This document shows, one piece after another, positions 10,298 to 17,697 of a stretch of DNA of 48,934 nucleotides; position 1 is the stretch's first letter, and every line of letters starts with the position of its first letter. Location: NCBI GenBank assembly GCA_964616135.1, contig CAZTTQ010000003.1, positions 1-48,934 of the forward strand, read 5' to 3'. This DNA is from an uncultured Gammaproteobacteria bacterium. GTDB lineage: Bacteria; Patescibacteriota; Patescibacteriia; UBA9934; GWF2-40-263. The notes beneath the pieces were generated by a model. The model saw nothing but the letters and a program-made list of their open reading frames with translations, did not search any database and had not been told where the DNA came from. A program made the position numbers and the translations under genes.

Positions 10298-10731
10298 CGG
10301 TAGAAGACTTGGGCGGGCCGCCGAAAGGCGTGACCCCAGCGATCCTCGCGTGCGTGGCAGGTTTGGTCCTGCCCGTTCTCCTCATCCCGGTTATTGCCTT
10401 CACGGGCTCCTCGGAATGGGTCGAAGAACTGGCCAAGGCCGCCGTCGTCCTGTTCCTGGTGCTGGCCGTGCCGGGTCGGACGCGCCAATTGGCGACGGGG
10501 ACCGCGTTCGGCTTCTTGTTCGGCCTGTCGGAAAACGCGCTGTATCTGAACCAGGTGTTCCAGGCGGGGACCGTTTCCACGTTCTGGGAACGGTTCGCCT
10601 GGACCCTGCCAATGCACCTGCTGACGGCCGCGCTCCTCACCGTATCCGGCCTCTGGGGGAAGAAATTCCTCCCCTTCGGCTTTGCCGCGGCGTTGGGGCT
10701 CCACCTGCTGTTCAACCGGCTTGCTGTGTAA
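10294..10731 (+). CDS. PrsW/CPBP-like intramembrane metalloprotease (short, 5 TM)
   Basis: The GTG start overlaps the giant gene stop (GTGA). Motifs EELAKA (EExxK), FGLSEN (FxxxE), PMHLLTA and GLHLLFN (HxxxN) are embedded in predicted TM helices. The exact start is uncertain (alternative GTG at 10330). Confidence 0.55.
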   Translation: MTVEDLGGPPKGVTPAILACVAGLVLPVLLIPVIAFTGSSEWVEELAKAAVVLFLVLAVPGRTRQLATGTAFGFLFGLSENALYLNQVFQAGTVSTFWERFAWTLPMHLLTAALLTVSGLWGKKFLPFGFAAALGLHLLFNRLAV

Positions 10732-10755
10732 AAGACGCCCCTTCGGGCGTCTTTT
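10732..10755 (+). terminator. Intrinsic terminator after the PrsW-like gene
   Basis: AAAGACGCCC-cttc-GGGCGTCTTT followed by TG; it begins right after the stop TAA (10729-10731). Confidence 0.75.
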
Positions 10756-10758
10756 GCG

Positions 10759-10787
10759 TTGACAAGAGGCCGATTTTGGCGTAGGTT
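10759..10787 (+). promoter_or_regulatory. TTGACA-N17-TAGGTT promoter of the DUF488 operon
   Basis: TTGACA (10759-10764), a 17-nt spacer and TAGGTT (10782-10787), followed by SD GGGAGGAG and TTG start at 10831. Confidence 0.55.
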
Positions 10788-10830
10788 TCCTCTCTTCCGA
10801 ATCCAACCCCTCGGAAGGGAGGAGCGTTCC

Positions 10831-11562
10831 TTGCCCAATCAACCATCGCTGCTGCCGGATCCTCCGGCGGCAGGCCCCGCGTCCGGGCCGAAGACGCTCG
10901 ATCCGCCGCCGACCGTCACGCATGTGTACGGGATCAGCTGCGGTGTTTCCGCGGAGACGTTCTTTGGTCTCCTGAAGGGTGTCGGTCTCTTGGTGGACAC
11001 CCGCCGGACGCGTTCGTACCAGTACGCCGGGTTCGCAGATGGCGGCGACCTGCCGTATCTCTGCGCCGTTCACGGCGTCAGGTATGTCGCCGTGGAAGAA
11101 CTCGCCCCCACCCAAGAACAGCGGGATGGCCTGGCAAAGGCGTTCAGCGACGTGAAGCAGGCGGAGGATCGCGATCCGGAAGCGTGGACGCGGTTCCTGG
11201 AAGGCTACGCGCGGCGACTGATGGACCAGAAGTTCCTCCGTCTGGACGGGCCGACGTACCGCCTGCTCTACGAACAGGGGCCGAAGTCCGTCGCCTTCCT
11301 GTGCTCCTGCGGCCAGCCGGACGACTGCCACCGCTCGGTGTTGGTCGGCCTTATCGGCCGGTTCGTGCAGGGCGTGCAGACCGCGCAGCTCATGCCGTCG
11401 CATCTGCGCCGGGAGGGCGTTGAGGACCCGAAGTTCAAGAGCCCGCGTCGCTACCGCGTCCGGCACCTGCCGCTTGCCGGGCTCCGGGCGAACGCGACGT
11501 CGTCCGCGCTCCGTGACGTGGAGCGGTGGCGGAAGCGCTTCCCGCCGGGAGGTGCGCCGTGA
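10831..11562 (+). CDS. DUF488-family protein
   Basis: TTG start at 10831, 6 nt after GGGAGGAG. Pattern VYGISCG..FFGLL...GLLVDTRR.....GDLPYLC..HGVRYV...ELAP.....FLCSCGQPDDCHRSVLVGLI matches my recollection of DUF488 (conserved C..CHR near the C-terminus). Confidence 0.6.
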   Translation: MPNQPSLLPDPPAAGPASGPKTLDPPPTVTHVYGISCGVSAETFFGLLKGVGLLVDTRRTRSYQYAGFADGGDLPYLCAVHGVRYVAVEELAPTQEQRDGLAKAFSDVKQAEDRDPEAWTRFLEGYARRLMDQKFLRLDGPTYRLLYEQGPKSVAFLCSCGQPDDCHRSVLVGLIGRFVQGVQTAQLMPSHLRREGVEDPKFKSPRRYRVRHLPLAGLRANATSSALRDVERWRKRFPPGGAP

Positions 11563-12230
11563 CCGTGCTGCGTGGAACGGTTCTCTCGCACACCGCCATG
11601 AACGGGTCGGGGTTCTGCACCAACATCGCGGTCCAGGACCCGGCCACCGGGGCCTGGCGGCAGCTGCGCCCGCGCCTGCCGCCGAACATGCCCCTCGCCC
11701 TCACCTCGTTCGGCTACGATGCCGCGACGATGCGCGCCTACTGGCAGCCTGGTGCCCAGGTCGACATCGATTGGACAGTGCCGGCAACTCCGCCCCGCGC
11801 GACGCACCCGGAAGACCACCTCTTCCAGGCCGCCGGATCCAAGGTGTACTCGACCAGGCTGACGGCGCTGCAGTTCCGCCAGCTGGCCGGGCTGTTCCAG
11901 GCGCCGTCGCTCCGCGCGCTCTTTCCGCCCATCACGGGTTCCCGCGGGGGGAAGCAGTACGTGGAAGACGGCCACGTTCTGGCCCAGTCCGTCGGGTACG
12001 TGGAATGCAGCAACGTCATGCTGGTTTCCACGACCGACGCGGAGGTGCTGACCAAGGCCGGCGAGTCGTTCCGGGTTGCTGTGAAGGACGCGGCCGTCCT
12101 GGCCCGTCCCGTCGGTACCCAGTTCGCCGACGCCTTGGTCCGGTTCTCCCTCGCGAACGCGTGGGACGGCGGCCACATCGGGTTCTCGCCCGAGCGATGC
12201 TACCTGATGCTGAGCCACGTCGTGCCGTAA
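11559..12230 (+). CDS. Hypothetical protein translationally coupled to DUF488
   Basis: GTG 11559 overlaps the DUF488 stop (GTGA), with GGGAGG 5 nt upstream. 223 aa with balanced composition and no motif I can name. Followed by a terminator. Confidence 0.55.
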   Translation: MTVLRGTVLSHTAMNGSGFCTNIAVQDPATGAWRQLRPRLPPNMPLALTSFGYDAATMRAYWQPGAQVDIDWTVPATPPRATHPEDHLFQAAGSKVYSTRLTALQFRQLAGLFQAPSLRALFPPITGSRGGKQYVEDGHVLAQSVGYVECSNVMLVSTTDAEVLTKAGESFRVAVKDAAVLARPVGTQFADALVRFSLANAWDGGHIGFSPERCYLMLSHVVP

Positions 12231-12234
12231 TCTC

Positions 12235-12279
12235 ACCCGCCACCTTCGTTCCCATGGAACGGGGCAGGCGGGTTTTTTG
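12235..12279 (+). terminator. Intrinsic terminator of the DUF488 operon
   Basis: ACCCGCC (12235-12241) pairs with GGCGGGT (12267-12273), with an inner GTTCC/GGAAC stem, followed by T6. Confidence 0.65.
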
Positions 12280-12282
12280 TAC

Positions 12283-12306
12283 GCAAAACCCGCCGGGGAG
12301 GCGGGT
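12283..12306 (-). terminator. glyA intrinsic terminator
   Basis: On the minus strand: ACCCGCC-tcccc-GGCGGGT followed by TTTTGCG. It lies 10 nt downstream of the glyA stop. Confidence 0.65.
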
Positions 12307-12315
12307 AAAACGCGG

Positions 12316-13560
12316 CTAGTAGGAGACGGACGGATAGAGTGGGAACTTTGCCGTCAGTGCTTTCACTTCGGCCTTGATCGAAGCGAGCTTGGACGGATCC
12401 GCCTTTGCCTTCAACGCTTCTTCAATCCAGCCGGCGATCAGCGCCATTTCCGCTTCCTTCATGCCGCGGGTAGTGACGGCCGGCGTGCCCAAGCGGATGC
12501 CGGAAGGGTCCATGGGCCCGCGCGGATCGTCCGGAATGGCATTCTTGTTCACCGTGATGCCTGCTTCGTCCAAGGCGTTCTGCGCTTCCTTACCACTCAC
12601 GTTCTTGTTGCCCAGGTCGACTAGGAGCAAGTGGTTTTCCGTGCCGCCGAAGACCAGCGTGAAGCCGCGGGCGCGCAGGGCTGTTTCCAGGGCCTTCGCG
12701 TTCGACCGGATTTGCTTGGCGTAGGTTTTGAACGCCGGATCCAGTGCTTCCTTAAACGCCACGGCTTTCGCCGCGATGGCGTTTTCATGCGGGCCGCCCT
12801 GGAGACCGGGGAAGATCGCCTTATCAATTGCTTTGGCATGGACGGCCTTGCACAAAATCATGCCGCCGCGCGGGCCGCGGAGCGTCTTGTGCGTGGTGGT
12901 GGTGACGACGTCGAACAAGGGGACGGGGTTTTTCATTTCGCCGCCGGCAATGAGCCCGGCAATGTGCGAAATGTCCGCCATGGTGTACGCGCCGACCTGG
13001 TCCGCAATTTCCTTGACCTTGGCGTAGTCGATGTCGCGCGTATAGGCGGAGTAGCCGACCAAAATCAGCTTCGGCTTGTGGGCCATCGCCAGGTTCTGCA
13101 TGTTGGCGTAATCGATGGCGCCGTCCGCCGTGGTCTTGTAGCCGACGAAGCGGTAGATGGCGGCGGGGAAGGTGGCCGGATGCCCGTGGGTCAGGTGGCC
13201 GCCGTGGGAAAGGTCCATGCCAAGCACCGTGTCGCCCGGCTTCAGCAAGGCGCTATACGCGGCCAGGTTGGCCGGGGCGCCGCTCAAGGGCTGGACGTTC
13301 ACGTGTTCCGCCCCAAACAGCGCCTTGGCGCGCGCGACGGCCAGGGACTCCATCTCGTCGATGAACTGGCAGCCGCCGTAATAGCGCTTGCCTGGCGTGC
13401 CTTCCGCGTACTTGTTCGTCGCCACGCTGCCGAGTGCCGCCAAGACGGCTTCCGAGACGAAGTTTTCCGAAGGGATCAGTTCCAGGCCTTCTTGCTGGCG
13501 CGCCAATTCTTTTTGCAGGGAAGCGGCCAATTCCGGGTCGAAGGAGGAGAGGATGGGCAC
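12316..13560 (-). CDS. glyA: Serine hydroxymethyltransferase
   Basis: 414 aa. [25 protein letters not shown], the PLP-lysine region [14 protein letters not shown], and full-length similarity to SHMT. GTG start at 13560. Confidence 0.96.
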   Translation of the reverse strand: MPILSSFDPELAASLQKELARQQEGLELIPSENFVSEAVLAALGSVATNKYAEGTPGKRYYGGCQFIDEMESLAVARAKALFGAEHVNVQPLSGAPANLAAYSALLKPGDTVLGMDLSHGGHLTHGHPATFPAAIYRFVGYKTTADGAIDYANMQNLAMAHKPKLILVGYSAYTRDIDYAKVKEIADQVGAYTMADISHIAGLIAGGEMKNPVPLFDVVTTTTHKTLRGPRGGMILCKAVHAKAIDKAIFPGLQGGPHENAIAAKAVAFKEALDPAFKTYAKQIRSNAKALETALRARGFTLVFGGTENHLLLVDLGNKNVSGKEAQNALDEAGITVNKNAIPDDPRGPMDPSGIRLGTPAVTTRGMKEAEMALIAGWIEEALKAKADPSKLASIKAEVKALTAKFPLYPSVSY

Positions 13561-13660
13561 AGGCGGGAAGACGTTAGGCGAATAAGGATGGAGCGATTGT
13601 ACGGACCCCGTTCCGGATTCGCAAGGACCGGCCCGCCTGTCCTATCGTCTGGACGGCTGG

Positions 13661-13689
13661 TTGACGAAATGCGTTTTTTGGGCTAGGTT
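13661..13689 (+). promoter_or_regulatory. TTGACG-N17-TAGGTT promoter of the 13762 ORFan
   Basis: TTGACG (13661-13666), a 17-nt spacer and TAGGTT (13684-13689). The leader contains hairpin TCCGCTT/AAGCGGA and a duplicated ATCCGCAGAA. GAGG lies 5 nt before the ATG. Confidence 0.5.
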
Positions 13690-13761
13690 TGGCTTCCGCT
13701 TTGGTGCGAAGCGGATCCGCAGAACCAAACCCCGCACCATCCGCAGAAAGAAGAGGTTCGC

Positions 13762-14460
13762 ATGCACACGGACGTCATTTGCTTGAACCCAGGTGTCCGC
13801 CACCTGATGCGCGCGACGCGCGCATTTGCCGCGGCTTCCAACGACGCCCTGGCCGACGAGGCCTTGGCGATCCTGGAGGGAGCCCGCGCCACCGAGTTGC
13901 CGATCTCCTTCATGGAGGTCTCCGCCGACGACGACCGCCTGGACGACTACCTCGTGCGCGTCGTTCTCCGCCGCAACATGCGGCCCAACGGCTCGGTCCT
14001 GGCGGTCCGGGTTCTCGTCGCCGCCGACGTGCCGGAGGACCTCTGGCTCGGCGCGTACGGCATCCTGGCCGGGATCACCATCCGGAACATCCTGATCAAC
14101 CGGGAGTTCCACGCGACGAGCATGGCCCGGAGCGACGTGCCCGTGTCCCTCAAGATGACGCGCGTCATGGCGCAGAACGCGGCCCTGCACGGTCTCACCC
14201 GCCTCTTCGCGGACCAGGAGCTCATCAGCTTCTCCTCCATCCGCACCTTCCGGGGCGAGCAGAAGCCTCCCAAGCCCCGCGACGGCGCGGAAGCCCTGCG
14301 CTTCCTCGACTGGTCGCTGTACGTGACCCCGATGGGCGCCCAGCGTCTGCCGAGGCCCGCCGAGAAAGCCCGCGTCGGCGCCGGTACGCTCATGGCGTTC
14401 TTCCTCGCCGCCACGATGAGTCAGGCCGATCGCGTCGTCCCCGTCTACGCCCTTCGCTAG
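13762..14460 (+). CDS. Hypothetical protein (232 aa, ORFan to me)
   Basis: ATG with SD, own promoter and own terminator. Protein-like composition with no recognisable motif. Confidence 0.55.
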   Translation: MHTDVICLNPGVRHLMRATRAFAAASNDALADEALAILEGARATELPISFMEVSADDDRLDDYLVRVVLRRNMRPNGSVLAVRVLVAADVPEDLWLGAYGILAGITIRNILINREFHATSMARSDVPVSLKMTRVMAQNAALHGLTRLFADQELISFSSIRTFRGEQKPPKPRDGAEALRFLDWSLYVTPMGAQRLPRPAEKARVGAGTLMAFFLAATMSQADRVVPVYALR

Positions 14461-14470
14461 CCCGTCCTCT

Positions 14471-14514
14471 CGCCGTCCGCTCCCATCCCGGGACCGGGCG
14501 GCGTTTTTCTTTTT
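14471..14514 (+). terminator. Intrinsic terminator after the 13762 ORFan
   Basis: CGCCGTCCG (14471-14479) pairs with CGGGCGGCG (14495-14503), followed by TTTTTCTTTTT. Confidence 0.65.
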
Positions 14515-14542
14515 CCTTCGACGGGGCTATGCTTACGGGGCT

Positions 14543-15910
14543 ATGTTAGATGGATTTCGCCATGTACACGTGATCGGCGCGGGTGGAATCGGCACGGCTG
14601 CCGTCGCCAAGCTGTTGTTGGCAAAAGGCGTTGCCGTGTCCGGTTCCGACACCCACGCCTCGGAGTTGACGCGCGACCTGCAGCGCCGCGGCATGCGGTT
14701 CGCGGAAGGGCACGACGTCTCGGCGCTCGCCGGGGCGGATTTGGCCGTGTATTCCGCCGCCGTGCCGGACACGGACCCGGAACGCGCGGAAGCGGCCCGT
14801 CTGGGCGTCCGCCAGCTGTCGTATCCGCAGTTCTTGGGCGAATTGTCCAAGGGCCACACGACTATCGCGGTTTCCGGGACCAACGGCAAAAGCACCACCA
14901 CGGCCATGCTTGGCCTCATGCTGGAGGCGGCGGGGATGGATCCGCTCGTCATCGTCGGGTCTTTGGTCCCGGGGTTTTCGGACGGGAATTTGCGCCTCGG
15001 AAAAGGCCGGTTCTTCGTCGTGGAAGCGTGCGAATACCGCGCCCACATGCTGAATATCCATCCGGAGATGATCGTGCTGACCAATATTGAAGAAGACCAC
15101 CTGGATTATTTCCGCGACATCAATCATATCCGGGACACGTTCCAGGAGTTCTTGAACAAGATGAAAGGCCGCGGCATCGTCGTGATGAACGCGGACGACC
15201 CGGAGTCCCGCAAACTGACGGCGTCGCGCGTTGTCCGTTACGGCACCAAGGACGCGGATTTCATCGCGTCCGACCGCCGTACCGCCGCCGGTACCCAGGC
15301 CGTCACCGTGCATCAGACACAGCCCGCCGGCGTGCTCGGCAATCTTACGCTCCGCGTGCCGGGCGCCTTTAACGTGGCCAACGCCATGGCGGCCACGGTC
15401 GCGGCCATGGAACTTGGCGTTCCCTTCGACGTCTGCCAAAAAGTATTGGAACGCTTCCCGGGCATCTGGCGCCGCTTTGAACGCGTCGGCACGTGGAATG
15501 GCGCCGACGTCATTTCGGACTACGGCCACCACCCGACGGCCATCCGCGGCACGATCGCCGCCGCGCGGGAATTCTTTCCCGGCCGCCGCGTCGTGTTGTG
15601 TTTCCAGCCGCACCAGCATTCCCGTACCAAGGAGCTGTTCGACGGGTTCGTGGACGCCATTGGAGAAGCGGACGCGGCCGTCTTGCCGGAAATCTACAAG
15701 GTGGAAGGCCGCACGGAGGAAGAAGAAAAACTCGTCTCCGGCAAGATGCTGGCCGACGCCGTGAAGGCCAAGCGCCCGTCCATGGACGTCCGCTACGCCA
15801 CAGACTTGAAAGACGCGCGCGCCATGCTATCCGTCACCGTCCGTCCGGGCGACGTGCTGATCATCCAAGGCGCCGGCAGCGTGGACGAATTGGCACGGGC
15901 CCTCGTATGA
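14543..15910 (+). CDS. murC: UDP-N-acetylmuramate--L-alanine ligase
   Basis: HVIGAGGIGTAAVAKLL (Rossmann fold), GTNGKSTTTAML (P-loop), DYGHHPT. 455 aa. Confidence 0.94.
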   Translation: MLDGFRHVHVIGAGGIGTAAVAKLLLAKGVAVSGSDTHASELTRDLQRRGMRFAEGHDVSALAGADLAVYSAAVPDTDPERAEAARLGVRQLSYPQFLGELSKGHTTIAVSGTNGKSTTTAMLGLMLEAAGMDPLVIVGSLVPGFSDGNLRLGKGRFFVVEACEYRAHMLNIHPEMIVLTNIEEDHLDYFRDINHIRDTFQEFLNKMKGRGIVVMNADDPESRKLTASRVVRYGTKDADFIASDRRTAAGTQAVTVHQTQPAGVLGNLTLRVPGAFNVANAMAATVAAMELGVPFDVCQKVLERFPGIWRRFERVGTWNGADVISDYGHHPTAIRGTIAAAREFFPGRRVVLCFQPHQHSRTKELFDGFVDAIGEADAAVLPEIYKVEGRTEEEEKLVSGKMLADAVKAKRPSMDVRYATDLKDARAMLSVTVRPGDVLIIQGAGSVDELARALV

Positions 15911-16830
15911 CCGACATCACCGTTGCGTTGCGCGCTGTCTTCGGTCCACGGCTCAAAGAAAACGAACCGCTCGCCAAGTACGTGAACTTCCGCATCGGTG
16001 GCCCCGCGCGTTGGGTTGTGGAGGCAAAGACCGAAGGGGAGATCGTGGAAGCGTTGCGTATCGCAAAAGACGCCGGCGTGCCGACGTTTATTTTGGGCGG
16101 CGGGTCCAATACGTTGCCAAGTGATCAAGGGTTTGACGGCCTGGTCGTGAAAATCGCCTTGCGCAGTTTTTCGATCACCCCCTCTTCGCAAGAGGGGGCA
16201 GGGGGGAGTCTCGTCCGCGCGGACGCCGGCGCCATGTCAGCGGGCCTGGCGCGCGCTACGGCGGAGGCCGGCCTGGCAGGATTGGAGTGGATGATCTCGC
16301 TTCCTGGCACCGTCGGTGGCGCGGTGCGCGGTAACGCGGGCTGCTTCGGCGGGGAAGTGAAAGACAACCTTGTCTCAGCGCGTATCTTGAGGGGCGGACA
16401 GATAACGGACGTCTCTGCCGCGGATTGCGCCTTCGGGTACCGGGACTCGGCGTTCAAACGTACGGACGACGTCATCCTCTCCGCGACGTTCGCGCTGTCT
16501 CCCGGCATTCCGACGGTTTTGAAGGCGAAGATGGAGGAACAATTGGCCAAGCGGAAAGCGTCCCAACCGACGAATGCCGGTTCCGCCGGCTGCGTGTTTA
16601 AGAATCCCCCCGGCCAATCCGCCGGCCGGTTGGTCGATGAGGCGGCGTTGAAAGGCCAAACCATCGGTGACGCGGAGATTAGTACGGCCCACGGTAATTT
16701 CATCGTGAACAAGGGACATGCCACGGCGGACCAGGTGGTCCAACTGGTGGCCCTTGCCAAAACCCGCGTCCGCGATCGGTTCGGTATTCAACTTCAGGAG
16801 GAAATCCAGTATCTTGGATTCGGTAGTTAA
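15907..16830 (+). CDS. murB: UDP-N-acetylenolpyruvoylglucosamine reductase
   Basis: ATG overlaps the murC stop (ATGA). FRIGGPA, ILGGGSNTL, LEWMISLPGTVGGAVRGNAGCFG, PTNAGSAGCVFKNP. Carries a palindromic-element insertion at 16178-16210. Confidence 0.93.
   Translation: MTDITVALRAVFGPRLKENEPLAKYVNFRIGGPARWVVEAKTEGEIVEALRIAKDAGVPTFILGGGSNTLPSDQGFDGLVVKIALRSFSITPSSQEGAGGSLVRADAGAMSAGLARATAEAGLAGLEWMISLPGTVGGAVRGNAGCFGGEVKDNLVSARILRGGQITDVSAADCAFGYRDSAFKRTDDVILSATFALSPGIPTVLKAKMEEQLAKRKASQPTNAGSAGCVFKNPPGQSAGRLVDEAALKGQTIGDAEISTAHGNFIVNKGHATADQVVQLVALAKTRVRDRFGIQLQEEIQYLGFGS
16178..16210 (+). repeat. Palindromic repeat element, copy C, in frame inside murB
   Basis: CCCCCTCTT-cgc-AAGAGGGGG ca GGGGGGAGTC, translated as ..TPSSQEGAGGS.. 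in the murB frame. Confidence 0.7.
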
Positions 16831-16843
16831 CCACCGATTTCGT

Positions 16844-17182
16844 ATGAACATCGTTTCTCTCAAAGGGCAGAACATGGACCTGACGGACGCCATTAAAGCG
16901 TACGTGGAACAAAAGCTCGCGGCGCTGGATAAAATGGCTTCCGGGCCGGCGGTGGAAGCGCGCGTGGAGGTGGGGAAGTCCACCCACCACCACAAGAACG
17001 GTCCCTTCATGCGGTGTGAGGTGAACCTGGCCGTGCCGGGCGCGACCCTCCGGTCAGAAGAGGAGCAGGAAGACTTGTATGAGGCCATCGACATGTCGGT
17101 CGCCAACTTGCAGCGCCAGCTGGTCGCGCGCAAAGAAGGCATGCAGGACCGCCACCGCGGCCCGCGCGCGGACAAAGAATAA
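16844..17182 (+). CDS. hpf: Ribosome hibernation factor, short HPF/RaiA type
   Basis: MNIVSLKGQNMDLTDAIKAYVEQKL..., a sigma-54-modulation/S30EA-type fold pattern. 112 aa with no long-HPF C-terminal domain. Confidence 0.8.
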   Translation: MNIVSLKGQNMDLTDAIKAYVEQKLAALDKMASGPAVEARVEVGKSTHHHKNGPFMRCEVNLAVPGATLRSEEEQEDLYEAIDMSVANLQRQLVARKEGMQDRHRGPRADKE

Positions 17183-17187
17183 AAAAT

Positions 17188-17237
17188 ACCCGCCTGCCGA
17201 TGTCCCCGTCTTGGGACGTCGGCGGCGGGTTTTTTTC
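17188..17237 (+). terminator. hpf intrinsic terminator
   Basis: ACCCGCC (17188-17194) ... GGCGGGT (17224-17230), with an inner GCCGAtGTCC/GGACgTCGGC stem, followed by T7. Confidence 0.75.
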
Positions 17238-17247
17238 GTCTCGGCCC

Positions 17248-17535
17248 CTAGTGGACCGTATCGTCCGGGAGGCGCTTGCGGTCCTGGGCGAAGAAGTGGG
17301 CGTGGGCCTCCAGGGCTTTTTGGAGGCGGACGATCTCGCTGAGGCGCGCCTTGAGGCGCGCGTGCGTCAGGGGGTCGGCCCTGGGGAGCTGGCGCCGTAG
17401 GGCGTTGAATTCCCTTCGCAGGGCAGTGGTCGCGTCGAGCGTCTGCGGGGCGGGCGTATGGCCAGGGCGGGCGCGTCGGATGACGACGCCGGCGGAACGG
17501 GAAGCGCTGGTGGAACCGTCTGTGGTGGACTTCAT
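17248..17535 (-). CDS. Hypothetical small helical protein (95 aa)
   Basis: ATG 17535 lies 8 nt after GAGGAG. The Arg/Leu-rich helical sequence (..REFNALRRQL..RLKARLSEIVRLQKALEAHAHFF) fills the hpf-secA gap. Confidence 0.45.
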   Translation of the reverse strand: MKSTTDGSTSASRSAGVVIRRARPGHTPAPQTLDATTALRREFNALRRQLPRADPLTHARLKARLSEIVRLQKALEAHAHFFAQDRKRLPDDTVH

Positions 17536-17697
17536 TGGGGAAACTCCTCGGTGGGCGGGCGTCTCGCACGTACAGGATACGCGAAACGTAGGTCCGCTCT
17601 ATTCGTACAGGTTTTTCGCTGCGTTGTCAAGAAATAGCCCATCCTCCGCTCCCCCTTGTTTTTTCCCCGTTTTCGACGCATACTTCAGCAGCTATTT

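Noticed and set aside
13561-13660. Looked for a THF or glycine-type riboswitch or other leader upstream of glyA (minus strand).
   Set aside because: I could not recognise any conserved riboswitch core or convincing structure by eye. An Infernal scan is needed, and I make no claim.
14521-14545. 11-nt direct repeat ACGGGGCTATG-ctt-ACGGGGCTATG overlapping the murC start codon.
   Set aside because: It is a single short duplication. The first copy's ATG opens a 6-codon dead-end frame. I cannot distinguish a regulatory role from chance or slippage, so I note it only.
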